Shown here: positions 62,517 to 64,000 of the stretch, in pieces
Layout: the number at the start of each line of letters is the position of its first letter
Position numbering within the stretch: the stretch's first letter is position 1
Assembly (NCBI RefSeq): GCF_000143415.4
Contig: NW_003314271.1
Span: forward strand, 1,842,806 to 1,906,805
Origin: Selaginella moellendorffii
Lineage: Eukaryota; Plantae; Lycopodiophyta
DNA: 64,000 bases
Direction of reading: 5' to 3'
Made by a program: the position numbers and the translations under genes
Notes under the pieces: generated by a model
Databases searched by the model: none
Seen by the model: only the letters and a program-made list of their open reading frames with translations
Told to the model about the DNA's origin: nothing

Positions 62517-63482
62517 TTAAAATATAGACCATAATTTTTTACCATTATTTGCATTGTAAATTATAACATTACCTTCATTTCTTACAAGTAATACTGTATC
62601 TAATATACATGGCTCTTTTAAGCAATATCTTGTTGCCCAAACTATATTATTATTACTTTTAATAATAAAGTTTCCATTTTCTTGTAAAACTGCAACACAA
62701 TTATAATTAATGGCATTTATTCCAAAATTTCCCATACTTTTCCACATAATATTGTTGGTAGAAACTTTGTGAAATTTAAGTTTACAATTATCTTTTAAAG
62801 TAAATCTAAACAAACCATTTGGTGATACTAAACTGTTATTTTCTTCTATATATGATCCAATCTCATTTTGAAATCCACTTATTAATGAAGATCTATAAAG
62901 TGCTTCACAATTCCAATTTGAAATATATATTTCCGAATTTAAAATTTTGATATTTAAATTGGTGTTACCTTTACCTGTTGATCTTAATTTGTATTTTAAT
63001 GAGAAATTTAAATAAGCCACATGTATGTAACCATAAAATGAGTTTGGGCTTGATAATGCTTGATATTCTAAATTATCTAAAATATATGTAAAAACTTTTA
63101 ACAAAACATCATCTCGATATTTTTCAAGTTCAGTTGGATCCAATAAACAAAATGAAAAAGATGGGAGAACCTTATCTCTTACAATTTCAATTGGTTTCAA
63201 TATGGTTAATTTAATACTAATACCTGCATTTTGTAAAATGAATGCTGGAATTTTAATTTCTCCTACAGAAAAAGTTTCACCATTTTAAAAATAATCTTTA
63301 ATATAATCAAAGATATAGTTTATTAAATTATAAAAATCTTCAATATTTAATTTATTTGGACTTTCAGCACTTATAACAGCTGGATAAAGTGGCTGATCAT
63401 TATCATTTCCTATATTAAAGGAGACATAGTAACATAAAATTATAAAAATCAAAATTTTGATTCTAGAAAGCAATAAATTCAT
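62517..63482 (-). pseudogene. Secreted bulb-type (B-) lectin protein gene with one in-frame stop
   Basis: ORFs 63285-63482 and 62517-63200 are in the same frame, separated by a TAA at 63285-63287; signal-like N-terminus; LVSPNGLF...W.S...LQENGNF...VWAT...RNEGNVIIY...LWS. Confidence 0.75.
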
Positions 63483-64000
63483 AATATAGATTAATATTGC
63501 AAGTATTTATAAAATTGGAATATTTTTTTAATGTGATTTAAATATATTTATCACTTATCTATATAAAGAAACTAGAAATTGCATTGGTGGTGAATACCTA
63601 TGATTTTTTTTGAGTATTATTTTAATCATTTTATTCTAAATTTAACCCTGTTTTTAACTGATTTAAAGGGTTTTAATATTCTAGTTTGTTACCAAGTGGC
63701 ATTGCACAAATAAAACATCTTATTTTAATGATCAGAGAAAAATTTAAAATTGAGTTAGATTTTAATGCATGAAAGACTAGATCCAAAGTTTGCGTATACT
63801 CCAAAATTCACCAATATGCAGACAAGAAGGTGCTTCTTGATCAAGAGGATGAAATGAGACAATGGTCTGCCTAATTCCCACTGTGAGGCTGCTGCTGCCA
63901 AATATCTACTACAGCAATCTCATCCAGCAAGTGATCTAAACTCCCATCATAACTACTATTAATGATTTTTATTGACAATTCCCAAGTTTTGCATAACAGC

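Overview
Eukaryotic plant nuclear DNA. It is gene-dense, has very short (~50-60 nt) GT-AG introns and carries PLS-class PPR genes; these traits suggest a lycophyte such as Selaginella, which is an inference. From left to right: a young Ty3/gypsy 5' LTR, PBS and gag nested in an older gypsy integrase; a PP2C retro-pseudogene; a RING-HC plus Erf4-like gene; nuclear RPS16 head-to-head with TRIPP; a PPR; a MATE; a ~12 kb AT-rich TE graveyard holding a captured 2.7 kb gene segment; tRNA-Val(CAC); a PES1-like acyltransferase; a QALGGH C2H2/EAR transcription factor with a long gene-free upstream region; a putative fucosyltransferase; a second MATE; two tandem FRO genes; an Elongin C-like/Elongin A-like/LRR fusion gene; a SAP-like protein; a second PPR; and an AT-rich B-lectin gene with one stop. 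The best novelty candidates are the EloC-EloA-LRR fusion (54.3-57.0 kb), the repeat found both 'filled' (19.1-22.2 kb) and 'empty' (46.5-46.8 kb), the RING-Erf4 architecture and the AT-rich lectin. All exon models were spliced by hand and all family calls come from recalled motifs; no database searches were run.
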